The position numbers and the translations under genes are program-made. Positions 41,471 through 52,142 of a DNA stretch of 64,000 nucleotides are shown here, piece after piece. The stretch spans positions 8,022 through 72,021 of the IMG/VR virus record IMGVR_UViG_3300010412_000412. The stretch is one strand, 5' to 3'. How positions within the stretch are numbered: the stretch's first letter is position 1; every line of letters starts with the position of its first letter. Below the pieces are notes generated by a model. The model saw nothing but the letters and a program-made list of their open reading frames with translations. It made no database searches and was not told the origin of the DNA. This DNA is from a virus.

Positions 41471-41995
41471 ATGCAATCATTTAACAATTTTAAATTAACA
41501 GAAATTTTTGATAATAGGAATATCATAAATGATATAAATATAAACGGTGTACTATTCAATATTTTTTATAAAAGAATTTATGGTGATTTTAATTTTAATT
41601 ATCAATTGAAATCTTTTCATGATAAAGATATTAAATTTCATATGGGTACACATATATTAAGAGGAATAATTTTTATGTCACCATCTTTTACTGATTTTTT
41701 TGTATGGCCTAGTTCTTTCCTTCATATATCTGTTATTCCTGTATTACAAAAACTTGTTAAAAAACAACCATTAAATTATTTATCAATATATAATCAACAA
41801 TTAACATTTATAATAAATAATATATGTTTTTTATCATTCACATTCAATAAACATGAATATTGGTCAGAATTATTTCCATTATATAAATTAGAATGGTTAC
41901 AAACACATTTTGATATAACAAAAAGATTAACATTAGATAATTATGATTGGAATGAATATAAAATGTATAATAGTTTTAGAAATAGTATTTTTTAA
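41471..41995 (+). CDS. Internal-protein family paralog
   Basis: MQSFNNFKLTEIF, LRGIIF, FFVW; closest to 35129. Confidence 0.7.
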   Translation: MQSFNNFKLTEIFDNRNIINDININGVLFNIFYKRIYGDFNFNYQLKSFHDKDIKFHMGTHILRGIIFMSPSFTDFFVWPSSFLHISVIPVLQKLVKKQPLNYLSIYNQQLTFIINNICFLSFTFNKHEYWSELFPLYKLEWLQTHFDITKRLTLDNYDWNEYKMYNSFRNSIF

Positions 41996-42000
41996 TAATA

Positions 42001-43374
42001 ATGAAAATATATAGATTTAAAAATTTAAAAGTATTATCAGAAAAAAAAATATATCAATCATTTGATGGAATAAAAGAATCTATAAGTACAGAAATGGTTG
42101 AAATATATTTCGACGATGGGACATATTTAGAAACAACATATGATCATCAAATATATTGTCAAAATAATACTATAAAAATAGCAAAAGATTTAGTATATGG
42201 TGATTATGTTATATCAAAAAATGGTTTTTGTAAAGTAATATATAAAAATTTTCATAATAAAAAAACAAAGGTATATGATTTAATAAATGTACAAGAAACA
42301 CATAATTTTTATGCAAACAATAAATTAGTACATAATTGCGTATATTTAGATGAGTTTGCATTCGTTCCAAATGATGTAAAATTTTATGAAAGTACATATC
42401 CTGTTATAGCATCTGGTGAAACAACAAAAATATTAATAACATCTACACCTAATGGAATGAATTTATTTTATAAAATATGGATAGATGCAGTAAATAAAAG
42501 AAATGAATATATACCAATAAAATATACATGGGAAGCACATCCAAATAGAGATATAAAATGGAAAGAACAAACAATAAAAAACACATCACAAAAACAATTC
42601 AAACAAGAACATTTATGTGAATTTTTAGGAAGTAGTAATACTTTAATATCAAGTGATAAATTAGAAAAATTGATATATGAAGAACCAATAGAATATGATG
42701 AAAATAATTTTTTATATGAAAAAACACAAGAAAATCATATTTATATTGCGTGTGTTGATGTTAGTGAAGGTGTAGGTAGAGATTATAGTACAATTATAAT
42801 AATAGATATTTCTGTCAAACCATATAAACAAGTTTATGTGTTTAAAAAAAATAATATTAGTCCATGGAATTTTGGTGAAATAATTTATAGAGTATGTAAA
42901 AAATATAATGATGCTTATTTGATAATAGAAAGAAATAATATTGGTAAACTTGTAGCAGATGAATTATATTATGATTATGAATATGAAAATATGTTTAGTA
43001 GTATAACAAATAAAGGTGAAGAAATCATTGCAGGACAAACATTAGTTAATATTGGTATTCAAATAAACAAAAAAACAAAATCTATTGGATGTAGTGCATT
43101 AAAAATATTAATAGAAGAAGATATATTAAATATATGTGATTGGGATACAATACAAGAATTAACTTGTTTTGTAAAAAAACAAAATAGTTATCAAGCAGAA
43201 AAAAATAAATATGATGATTTAGTTATGCCATTAGTACATTTTGGTTGGTTTACAACACAAAATATATTTGAAGAAATTACAGAAAAAGGTGTAAGACAAG
43301 TAATTCGTGAAAAAATACAAGAAAATTCGAATATATTATTTGGCTATTTTTCAGATGGTACAGAAAATTTATGA
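42001..43374 (+). CDS. gp17: Split-intein C-fragment (112 aa) plus large terminase C-extein
   Basis: Block B TYDH, block F VYDLINV, block G LVHN | CVYLDEFAF (Walker B), ITSTPNG.N.FY, nuclease DVSEGVGRDYS and DDLVM. Confidence 0.9.
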   Translation: MKIYRFKNLKVLSEKKIYQSFDGIKESISTEMVEIYFDDGTYLETTYDHQIYCQNNTIKIAKDLVYGDYVISKNGFCKVIYKNFHNKKTKVYDLINVQETHNFYANNKLVHNCVYLDEFAFVPNDVKFYESTYPVIASGETTKILITSTPNGMNLFYKIWIDAVNKRNEYIPIKYTWEAHPNRDIKWKEQTIKNTSQKQFKQEHLCEFLGSSNTLISSDKLEKLIYEEPIEYDENNFLYEKTQENHIYIACVDVSEGVGRDYSTIIIIDISVKPYKQVYVFKKNNISPWNFGEIIYRVCKKYNDAYLIIERNNIGKLVADELYYDYEYENMFSSITNKGEEIIAGQTLVNIGIQINKKTKSIGCSALKILIEEDILNICDWDTIQELTCFVKKQNSYQAEKNKYDDLVMPLVHFGWFTTQNIFEEITEKGVRQVIREKIQENSNILFGYFSDGTENL

Positions 43375-43438
43375 AATATAATAATAATAAATATATTAAA
43401 TAATAGTATTTTTTTAAAAGAAAAAAGGAGTAGAATTT

Positions 43439-46190
43439 ATGTCAACAAGTCAATTCAGCCCAGGTGTTGAAATTAGAGAGACAGATTTAACAAGTTTTGT
43501 TCCTACTACAGGCACATCAGGTGGAGCCTGTGTAGGACAATTTGTTTGGCGGTCCAGTTAATGAATATACGATAGTTAATGATAGTAATAGTTTATCTAA
43601 ATTATTTGGTAAACCAACTGATAATAATTATATAGATTGGTTTTGTGCTTCTAATTTTTTATCATATAGCGATAATTTAAAAATTGTTAGAGTAGTAGAT
43701 TCAAAAACAGCTTTAAATTCAACAATTGATGGTACTGGTTTAAAAGTCGATAATTTAACACAATATCAATCATTAATTGCTGCTAATGTAGGAGAATCAG
43801 AAATATTTGTTGCCAGATATCCTGGTGTTATGGGTGATTCTTTAAAAATTAGTATTGCTGATAATGCAACTTTTGATTCATGGAAATATAAAGATTTATT
43901 TGATTTTCTTCCACCAGGTACAAGTCAATATGCTGAAAATCTTGGTGCGGTTAATGATGAAATTCATATTGTGGTTATTGATGAAAAAGGTAAATTTACT
44001 GGTATACCTGGTAGTGTATTAGAAAAATATCCTTTTTTAAGTAAAGCACAAGATAATAAAGATTTAGACAATGAACCAAATTTTTATGGTATTGTTTTAA
44101 ATAATACTAGTAAATATATTTGGTATTTTAGTCCTATTAAAAGTATTTTAGATTTAGATATTTCAAATTATGTTGATAGTGTTACTGTAACAAATAGTGG
44201 ACAAAATTATGGTAAACCTATTATTACATTTTCTGATGATAATATAGCAGTTGGTGATAGTCCTGGTATAGGTGCTAAAGCAACTGCTAAATTAAATTCT
44301 AATGGTGGTATTACAAGTATTGAAATTCTTAATAAAGGTAGTGGATATTCAGATACTGTTGGTATTACAATAACAGATAGTGGAGAAAATGCAACTGCAC
44401 AAGCTACAGTTGTAAGTGGTGTTATTACTGCTATATCTCCTGTAAATGTTGGTTCAAATTATTATAGTTCTAATGTAACAATTGTTGATGGTGGTGAAGG
44501 TGCAACAGCAACTGCTGTTCTTTCTACTACAGGTTCAATTAAAATAATTACTATCAATCAAGCAGGTGTTGATTATACTATTGGTGATGAACTTACTATA
44601 AATAGTGGTAATTCAGATGCAACTTTTATTGTTGATTCTGTTGATCTAAATGGAGAAATATTAACAGGACATTTAGATGTTGTTGGTTCAGGTTATTCAG
44701 ATGGAACTAATTTATCAAGTACATCTAATCCATTAGTAGGAACAGGTGCAACTTTTGATATTGTTATCAATAAAACAATAGAAAATGTAATAATTGATGA
44801 AACAGGATCTGATTATGGTACAGCAATAATTACATTAACAGGTGGAAATCCAACAAGTGAAGGATCATTAATAGCAGTTATTGGAACAGGAATACAATCA
44901 AATCAAATAATAGATATAACAATTAATGATGGTGGAACAGGATATGAAACAGTACCAACAATAACAATCACACCAGGTGGATCAGGTGCATTAGCAACAG
45001 CTGTTTTAGGAGTAAAAGGTACACCACAAGAAGGTCAAATATTAAGTTATGTTGTCACAAATGGTGGTATTAATTATGGTAATCCACAAATTATAATCAC
45101 ACCAGGTGGATCAGGTGCATTAGCAACGGCTAATTTAGTTGAAGATACATCAGAAACAAATTGGGGAATGACAAATGCAAATGAATATGGTATACCAAGA
45201 ACATTCCATAGTTTAAAAAATGTATCAGATGGTTCATATAGTAAAGAATTATCAGGTGGTAATGATGGAAATAAAGCTAGTACATCAGACATCATTGCTG
45301 GTTGGGATATGTTTAAAAACGCTGAAGAAGTAGATGTTAATTTATTGTTTATAGGTGATGGAGGAGGTAGTGTATCAAATAAAACAGTAATAAGACATAT
45401 AATAGATAATATATGTGAATTTAGAAAAGATTGTATATTATTTTTCAGTCCAAATTTAAAAGATATATTAAATAAAGATCAAACAACATCAACACAAAAT
45501 GTTAGAGAATTTATAACACATCCAATAAATGGAATAAATAGAAATACAAGTTTTGCTGTAGCAGATAATGGATGGAAAATGCAATATGATGTATTTTCAA
45601 ATAAATATCGTTGGATACCATTAAATCCTGATATTGCAGGTTTATGCGCACAAACAGAAACAGATTATGATGCCTGGTGGAGTCCAGCAGGATTAAATAG
45701 AGGACGAATAAAAAATGTTCAAACATTAGCATTTAATCCAAATAAACAAAGTAGAGATGGATTATATAAAGCAAATATAAATAGTGTAGTAAGTTTTACT
45801 GGTGAAGGTGTATTTTTATATGGTGATAGAACACTATTAAGAAAAAACAGTGCATTCAGCAATATTAATGTAAGACGTTTATTTATAGCATTAGAAAAAA
45901 GTATTAGTCGTTCAGCTAAAGCTAATTTATTTGAATTTAATGATGATTTTACAAGAAGTCAATTTGTAGGAATGGTAGAGCCATATTTACGTTCTGTTAA
46001 AGCGAGAAGAGGAATACAAGATTTTAAAGTAATATGTGATACAAGTAATAACACACCAGATGTTATAGATAGATCTGAATTTGTAGCAAGTATATTTGTC
46101 AAACCATCAAGAAGTATCAACTTTATTACATTAAATTTTGTTGCTGTTAGAACAGGTGTAGAATTTTCTGAAGTTGTTGGTGCTGTTTAA
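43439..46190 (+). CDS. gp18: Tail sheath gp18; +1 shift at CGG 43550
   Basis: AGGAG RBS, MSTSQFSPGVEIRETDLT...GQFVW-[C]-GPVNE; WWSPAGLNRG, INVRRLF and KPSRSINFITLNFVA motifs; 916 aa. Confidence 0.9.
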
Positions 46191-46222
46191 AACAATAAAA
46201 TAAGAAAAAAGAGGAAAAAATT

Positions 46223-46772
46223 ATGCCATCATCATTTTCATCAATCAATCAATTTTTTGGACATTTCGACGGTGGAGCTCGTCCAAATAGATATCGTGTT
46301 AGATTAAATGGGACAACATTAGCAGGTGCGCGGTACTGTACCTGAAAGTGTAGAATTTTTATGTAAAGCATCATCAATACCAGAAAGTAGTATTGGAACT
46401 GCAGATGTATCATATATGGGTAGAACAGCTAAAATATCAGGTGATAAAACATTCTCTGAATGGAATATCACAGTATATAATAATATAAATTGGGATCTTC
46501 GTTCATTTTTTGAAAAATGGGTAAATGGTATGTTAAATCACGAAGGTAATACAACAAAATATCAAAATGAAACTGATTATTTTGGTAGAGCTGAAGTAGA
46601 ACAATTAGATAGAAATGAAAAAGTCATACATACATATAAAATGGAAGGTATATTTCCAATAACATTAGATTCAATTGAATTAGGATATGGTTCAAATGAT
46701 GAAGTAGAAGAATTTGGAGTAACTTTTGCAGTTAATTGGTGGACATCAGAAAGTACACCTAATAATGCTTAA
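46223..46772 (+). CDS. gp19: Tail tube gp19; +1 shift at CGG 46331
   Basis: GAGG RBS, GGARPNRYRV...LAGA-[C]-GTVPESVEFLCKA..IP...GR..K..GD.TF.EW; 182 aa. Confidence 0.9.
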
Positions 46773-46781
46773 TAAAAAAAT

Positions 46782-48422
46782 ATGAATTTATTTGAAACTT
46801 TAAAACAATTTTATTATTTTAAAAAAGAAAAAAAACAACCTGTATTACAAAGTATTGATACAGAACATGAAAAAGGTGCAACTGAAGTATTTTCAGATTA
46901 TGGTGGTATAATTAGTCAAAATTCTGAATATTTTAAATTACCAACATCTGAAATTACATTAATAAAAACATATAGATCATTGTCAAAAACAAGTGATGTA
47001 GATTTAGCACTTAATGAAATAAGAAATGAAATTTTTATATTTGATGTGCCAGGTAAAAAAGCCATCGAAATATCTTTTGATGATACAAAAGAAAATAAAT
47101 TAAGTGTTGGTTTAATTAAAAAGATACGTGAAGAATATAATACTGTATATAATTTATTAGATTTTGATAGAAAAGGTTTAGAATATTTTGATAGTTGGTA
47201 TATAGATGGAAGATTATTTTTACATAAAATAATAGAAAAAAATAAACCAAAAAATGGTATACAAAAAATAATACAAATTAGTCCTTTTAAAATTAGACGA
47301 ATTGTTGAATATCCAAATACTGATGAAGAAGGTGTTTACGATTTAAATAAAATAAAAATTTATTATTTATTTTCTGATATAAATGATGTTTATAATAATA
47401 ATAGATATTATAATAATCAAAATCGTTTGAATTATATGGTTTTGTCAAAAGAAGTAATAACATATATAGATTCAGGTATTTATGATGAAGAAACAGGAGC
47501 ACCATTAAGTCATTTATGGAAAACAATAATCCCATATAATAATATGAAAATGATGGAAGAAGCTTTATTAATATATAGAGTAGTAAGAAGTCCAGAAAGA
47601 AGAGTATTTTATATAGATATTGGTAATTTAAGTAAAGCTAAAGCTGAACAATATATGCAAAATTTAATGAATCGTTTTAAAAATAAATTAATATATGATC
47701 AAACTACAGGTAGAATGGTTGATCAAAAACATATAATGAGCATGGCAGAAGATTATTGGTTACCACGTGGAATAAATGGTAAAGGAACAGAAATACAATC
47801 ATTACCAGGTGCTACTAATTTAGGATCTGTTGAAGATGTTGAATTATTCAGAAAACGTTTTTATGATAGTACAAATGTTGTAGCATCACGTTTTCAAGAT
47901 GATAATCAACCAACATTTCAATTTGGTCGTACATCTGATATATCACGTGATGAATATCGTTTTAAAAAAATGTTATCACGTTTGCGTAATCGTTTTATTA
48001 TGTTATTTGAGGATTTATTAAAAACACAATTAATTCTTAAAAATATTATTACAGAAAATGATTGGGATACAATAAAGAAATCTATTGTATGGCAATTTAC
48101 AGAAGATAATAATTTTGTTGAATGGAAAGAAACTGAAATATTAAATAATAGATTAGATTCTTTAAATAATGCGGATAATTATGTTGGTAAATATTGGGAT
48201 AAAGTTTGGGTTCTTAAAAACATAATGAAAATGAGTGATGACGAAATCAAAAAATTATTAGAAGATTCTAAAAAAGATGCAGAATATTATGATAATGATA
48301 ATGATTATTATGATAGAGATGATGATTCAGTAGAAAAAGATGATTCAGAAGATAAAAAGGATTCAGAAAATGATTCAGAAAAAGATAAAGAACAAGAAGA
48401 AGATAGTAAAATTCTTCTTTAA
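46782..48422 (+). CDS. gp20: Portal protein gp20
   Basis: WYIDGR, IYRVVRSPERRVFYIDIGNL.K.KAEQY and EDYWLPR...GKGTEI..LPG motifs. Confidence 0.92.
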   Translation: MNLFETLKQFYYFKKEKKQPVLQSIDTEHEKGATEVFSDYGGIISQNSEYFKLPTSEITLIKTYRSLSKTSDVDLALNEIRNEIFIFDVPGKKAIEISFDDTKENKLSVGLIKKIREEYNTVYNLLDFDRKGLEYFDSWYIDGRLFLHKIIEKNKPKNGIQKIIQISPFKIRRIVEYPNTDEEGVYDLNKIKIYYLFSDINDVYNNNRYYNNQNRLNYMVLSKEVITYIDSGIYDEETGAPLSHLWKTIIPYNNMKMMEEALLIYRVVRSPERRVFYIDIGNLSKAKAEQYMQNLMNRFKNKLIYDQTTGRMVDQKHIMSMAEDYWLPRGINGKGTEIQSLPGATNLGSVEDVELFRKRFYDSTNVVASRFQDDNQPTFQFGRTSDISRDEYRFKKMLSRLRNRFIMLFEDLLKTQLILKNIITENDWDTIKKSIVWQFTEDNNFVEWKETEILNNRLDSLNNADNYVGKYWDKVWVLKNIMKMSDDEIKKLLEDSKKDAEYYDNDNDYYDRDDDSVEKDDSEDKKDSENDSEKDKEQEEDSKILL

Positions 48423-48451
48423 AATAAATAATATAAAAATAGGAGATTAAA

Positions 48452-49285
48452 ATGAAAATAGACGAAAAAATTTGTTTACAAAATGATGATTTTCTTGGGT
48501 TTACACAAATCATAAGAGAAAAATTAGAAAATATTTATAATGAAAAATCAAAAATTGTTAAACAGCAAATAAATGAATTTTTAGATCCAGAAACAGAAAT
48601 GTATACATCTGTTCAAAACGGTACTCGTTCATATGGTGGTTATGGTTATCAATATGATCAAGGTGTATTAACTTTTTTAGTACCAAATGAATTAGCAAGT
48701 GAAGATGTTTCTTCATATTTAGACACTTGTGTTGAAGTATATGGATATGAAATTGAACCATATATTACAGATGATGATGGTTCACCTGTTGATTTACAAG
48801 ATGATACAAATGATATTTCAGATGTTAAAGAAGTTACTGTTTATTTTGAAACTAATAAAGTTGTCTTTGATAATGAAATAGATTATGATTATTTATATGA
48901 TATTGAAGATGCAATTGAAGATGAAGATGCCGATGAATATTTAGATGAAGAAATGAAAGTAAAAACACAAATTAGAAGTGAAGACTTTTCTGATGTTAAT
49001 GATTATGATTGTTTCGATTGTAAAGAAAATTTATTAGAAATTAAAAAGAAAAAAGTAATAAGAAATGTTGATGGTAAATCAACATTAGTTACTAAATATG
49101 AATGTCCACCTGGTAAAAAATTCGATAGTAAACTGAAAAAATGTGTAAAAATAACAGCAAAAGAAAATAGAGCAAGATCATTAGGTGCTAAAAAAGCAGC
49201 AAGAGCAAGAAGAGGACAAGCAGCTAAAATTGCAAAAAGAAGAGCAAGATCAATGAGAATGAGATCAAAAAGAATATCATCATAA
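48452..49285 (+). CDS. Prohead core protein (gp67/gp68 position)
   Basis: Between portal and protease; acidic middle and very basic Arg/Lys/Ala C-terminus. Confidence 0.55.
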   Translation: MKIDEKICLQNDDFLGFTQIIREKLENIYNEKSKIVKQQINEFLDPETEMYTSVQNGTRSYGGYGYQYDQGVLTFLVPNELASEDVSSYLDTCVEVYGYEIEPYITDDDGSPVDLQDDTNDISDVKEVTVYFETNKVVFDNEIDYDYLYDIEDAIEDEDADEYLDEEMKVKTQIRSEDFSDVNDYDCFDCKENLLEIKKKKVIRNVDGKSTLVTKYECPPGKKFDSKLKKCVKITAKENRARSLGAKKAARARRGQAAKIAKRRARSMRMRSKRISS

Positions 49286-49295
49286 GGAGATATAG

Positions 49296-49977
49296 ATGAA
49301 ATTTTTATGCGAAAGAACAATGGATTTCAAAACATCTTGTATAATTGAAAAAGATGTAGAAAATAACATAGTACAAGAAGATATTACTCGGTAATAAAAG
49401 TTATTATATAGAAGGTACTTTTTTACAAGCAGAAATTAAAAATAGAAATGGTCGAGTTTATCCACTTAAAGTACTTCAAAATGCTGTTAATAATTATATA
49501 TTAAAAATTGATAATAATCAAGCAGTTGGTGAATTAGGACATCCTGATAATCCACAAATAAATTATGATCGAGTTAGTCATAGAATATTATCATTAAAAG
49601 AAGATGGTAATAATTTTATAGGAAAAGCAAAAATATTAAATACACCATTTGGAAATATAGTAAAAAATTTAATGAATGAAAAAATTAAATTTGGAGTAAG
49701 TTCACGTGGTTTAGGTAGTTTAAGACAAGCAAATGGTATTGATATAGTATGTGATGATTATTTTATAGTTACACCAGCTGATATAGTTTCTGATCCTAGT
49801 GCCCCAGATGCTTATGTTACTAATTTAATGGAAAATGTTGAATGGGTTTGGGAAAATGATAAATTAGTTAAACAGGAAAAAGAAATTAAAAGAATGGTTA
49901 ATAAACAATATAAAAAACAAATAAATGAATGTGATTTACATCGTTTATTTATGGAAATTATAAATAAATCAATTTAA
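49296..49977 (+). CDS. gp21: Prohead protease gp21; +1 shift at CGG 49389
   Basis: AAGGAG RBS, MKFLCE...EDIT-[C]-GNKSYYIEGTFLQAEIKNRNGRVYP...GELGHP...GVSSRGLGS...DIVSDPSAPDA; 226 aa. Confidence 0.9.
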
Positions 49978-50032
49978 AATTATAATATAATAAATATTAT
50001 TAATAAAAAATAAAAAGGAGTTAATATTTAAA

Positions 50033-50795
50033 ATGGATATAAAAGAACAATTAGCAAAATTATTACCAAATGCAGATTTATCACAAGAATTTTTTGATAA
50101 ATTAAGTGAAGGTATACAATTAGTCATAGCAAAACAAGTTGAAGAAAAAACTTCAAAATTACAAGAAGAAATTGATGCTTATTCTGAATATGCACAAAAT
50201 GAATATAATAAATTGTCAGAAAAAGCTGAGGAATATGGTCAATATACCATGAAAGAAACTATTGATAAAATTGATAAATATCTTGAATATATAACTGAAC
50301 AATTTTTTGAAGAAAAAATATCAAGATTAATAGAAACAGATGAATATAATAGAATGGCAAATGCTTTTAGAACAATAAAAGAAACATTTGAACGGAAGTT
50401 ATTTCCAGCTTAATAGTGAACCTGTTAGTCAAAAAATAACAAATGAATTAGATGAAAATAGAAATAAATATAATGAACTGTTTAATAAATATATTACTTT
50501 AAAAAATCAAATTGATGATTATAGTAAATATGTAGAAGAAGAAACACGAAAAGATATATTTGAAGAAAAAACATCACATTTACCATATACACAAAAAGAA
50601 AAATTAAATCGTTTAATGGAAAGTACAGATTTTAAATCTAATGATGAATTTGAATCAGGTTTAGATGTTTTAATTGAAGAATTTATTCAACCAAAAAATG
50701 ATTATAATACAATTAATGAATCAAGATCAGAAAAAAGAAATAGATATTTAGATCTTGATAATGGTACTGGCAAATATCTTAATACATTAATTTAA
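50033..50795 (+). CDS. gp22: Prohead scaffold gp22; +1 shift at CGG 50393
   Basis: Acidic coiled coil with IDKYLEY; KETFE-[C]-GSYFQL joins the two track ORFs; 253 aa. Confidence 0.8.
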
Positions 50796-50830
50796 AAGAA
50801 AAAAACACTAATAAAAAAGAGGAAAAAATA

Positions 50831-52094
50831 ATGCAAATATTACAAAATGACGATTTATTTGATAGAAAATATTCACCAGAACAACGTAAAGCACAATCAT
50901 TGGTTGAAAAATGGAAACCGGTTTTAAATGAACAACGTCTTGGTAAAATTAACGATAAATATCGTGAAAGAGTAACAGCACAATTATTAGAAAATCAAGA
51001 ACATTTTTTAAAAGAAGCAGCATCAACAACAACAGGCAATATTTCTAATTGGGATCCTATTCTTATACAATTAGTTAGAAGATTAGCACCAAAATTAATT
51101 GCATATGATATTTGTCGGTGTGCAACCAATGACAGGACCAACTGGTTTAGTTTTTGCAATGCGTTCACGTTATACAAATGGTGCTGGAGCAGAAGCATTA
51201 CATAATGAAGCAAATACAGGATTTAGTGGTGCTGGTACTCATACAGCAGATGATCCTTGGGTTATAACACCACCTGCTGTTATACCTGATATGACAACTG
51301 GTACTGGTAAAGTAACTAGTGATGGAGAAAATGATCCTTGGGCTAGTATGAGTATGACAATTGAAAAAACAAGTGTCACTGCAAAAACTCGTCAATTAAG
51401 AGCTGATTATAGTTTAGAATTACAACAAGATTTAAAAGTTATACATGGTTTAGATGCTGAAAATGAATTAAGTAATATTCTTAGTACAGAAATTATATCA
51501 GAAATAAATAGAGAAGTAGTTCGTACAATATATGGTATAGCAAAACCTGGTGCTCAATGGTCAGGTTTAACAACACCAGGTGAATATGATCTTTCTAATG
51601 ATTCAGATGGACGTTGGTTTTTAGAACGTGTAAAAGGTTTAGTTTTTGCAATAGAAAGAGACGCTAATCAAATTGCAAAAGAAACACGTAGAGGAAAAGG
51701 TAACTTTTTTATAACTACAGCTGATGTTGCTAGTGCTTTACAAATGGCTGGTATATTATCTTATGCTCCAGCTTTAGAAGCACAAACAGATTTAGAAGTT
51801 GATGAAACTGGTATTACTTTTGCAGGACGTGTTGGTCGTTTTAAAGTATATATAGATCCTTATTTAGGTTCTGATGGTTATGTATTAGGTTATAAAGGTG
51901 CTAATCCTTATGATGCTGGTATGTTTTATTGTCCTTATGTTCCTTTACAAATGGTTCGTGCTACTGATACAGCAACATTTCAACCCGCATTAGGTTTTAA
52001 AACACGTTATGGTTTAATTGCTAATCCATTTACATCATTAAATGCTTCTGAAAATGTTTATTATCGCAAAACAAAAGTTTTAAATATTTTATAA
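50831..52094 (+). CDS. gp23: Major capsid protein gp23; +1 shift at CGG 51116
   Basis: LVRR..P.LIAYDIC-[C]-GVQPMTGPTGLVFAMRSRY, EINREVVRT, TRRGKGN, FYCPYVPL and FQP..GFKTRYG motifs; 420 aa. Confidence 0.93.
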
Positions 52095-52100
52095 TTATTA

Positions 52101-52130
52101 TTTAATAGGTATATTTTTATACCTATTAAA
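52101..52130 (+). terminator. Hairpin after gp23
   Basis: Perfect 13-bp inverted repeat TTTAATAGGTATA-TTTT-TATACCTATTAAA; no long U tail. Confidence 0.6.
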
Positions 52131-52142
52131 GTGAATTAATAT

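Noticed and set aside
43439-52094. Calling gp18, gp19, gp21, gp22 and gp23 pseudogenes of a defective phage
   Set aside because: Each has a single identical lesion and otherwise intact motifs with no stops; decay would give varied lesions.
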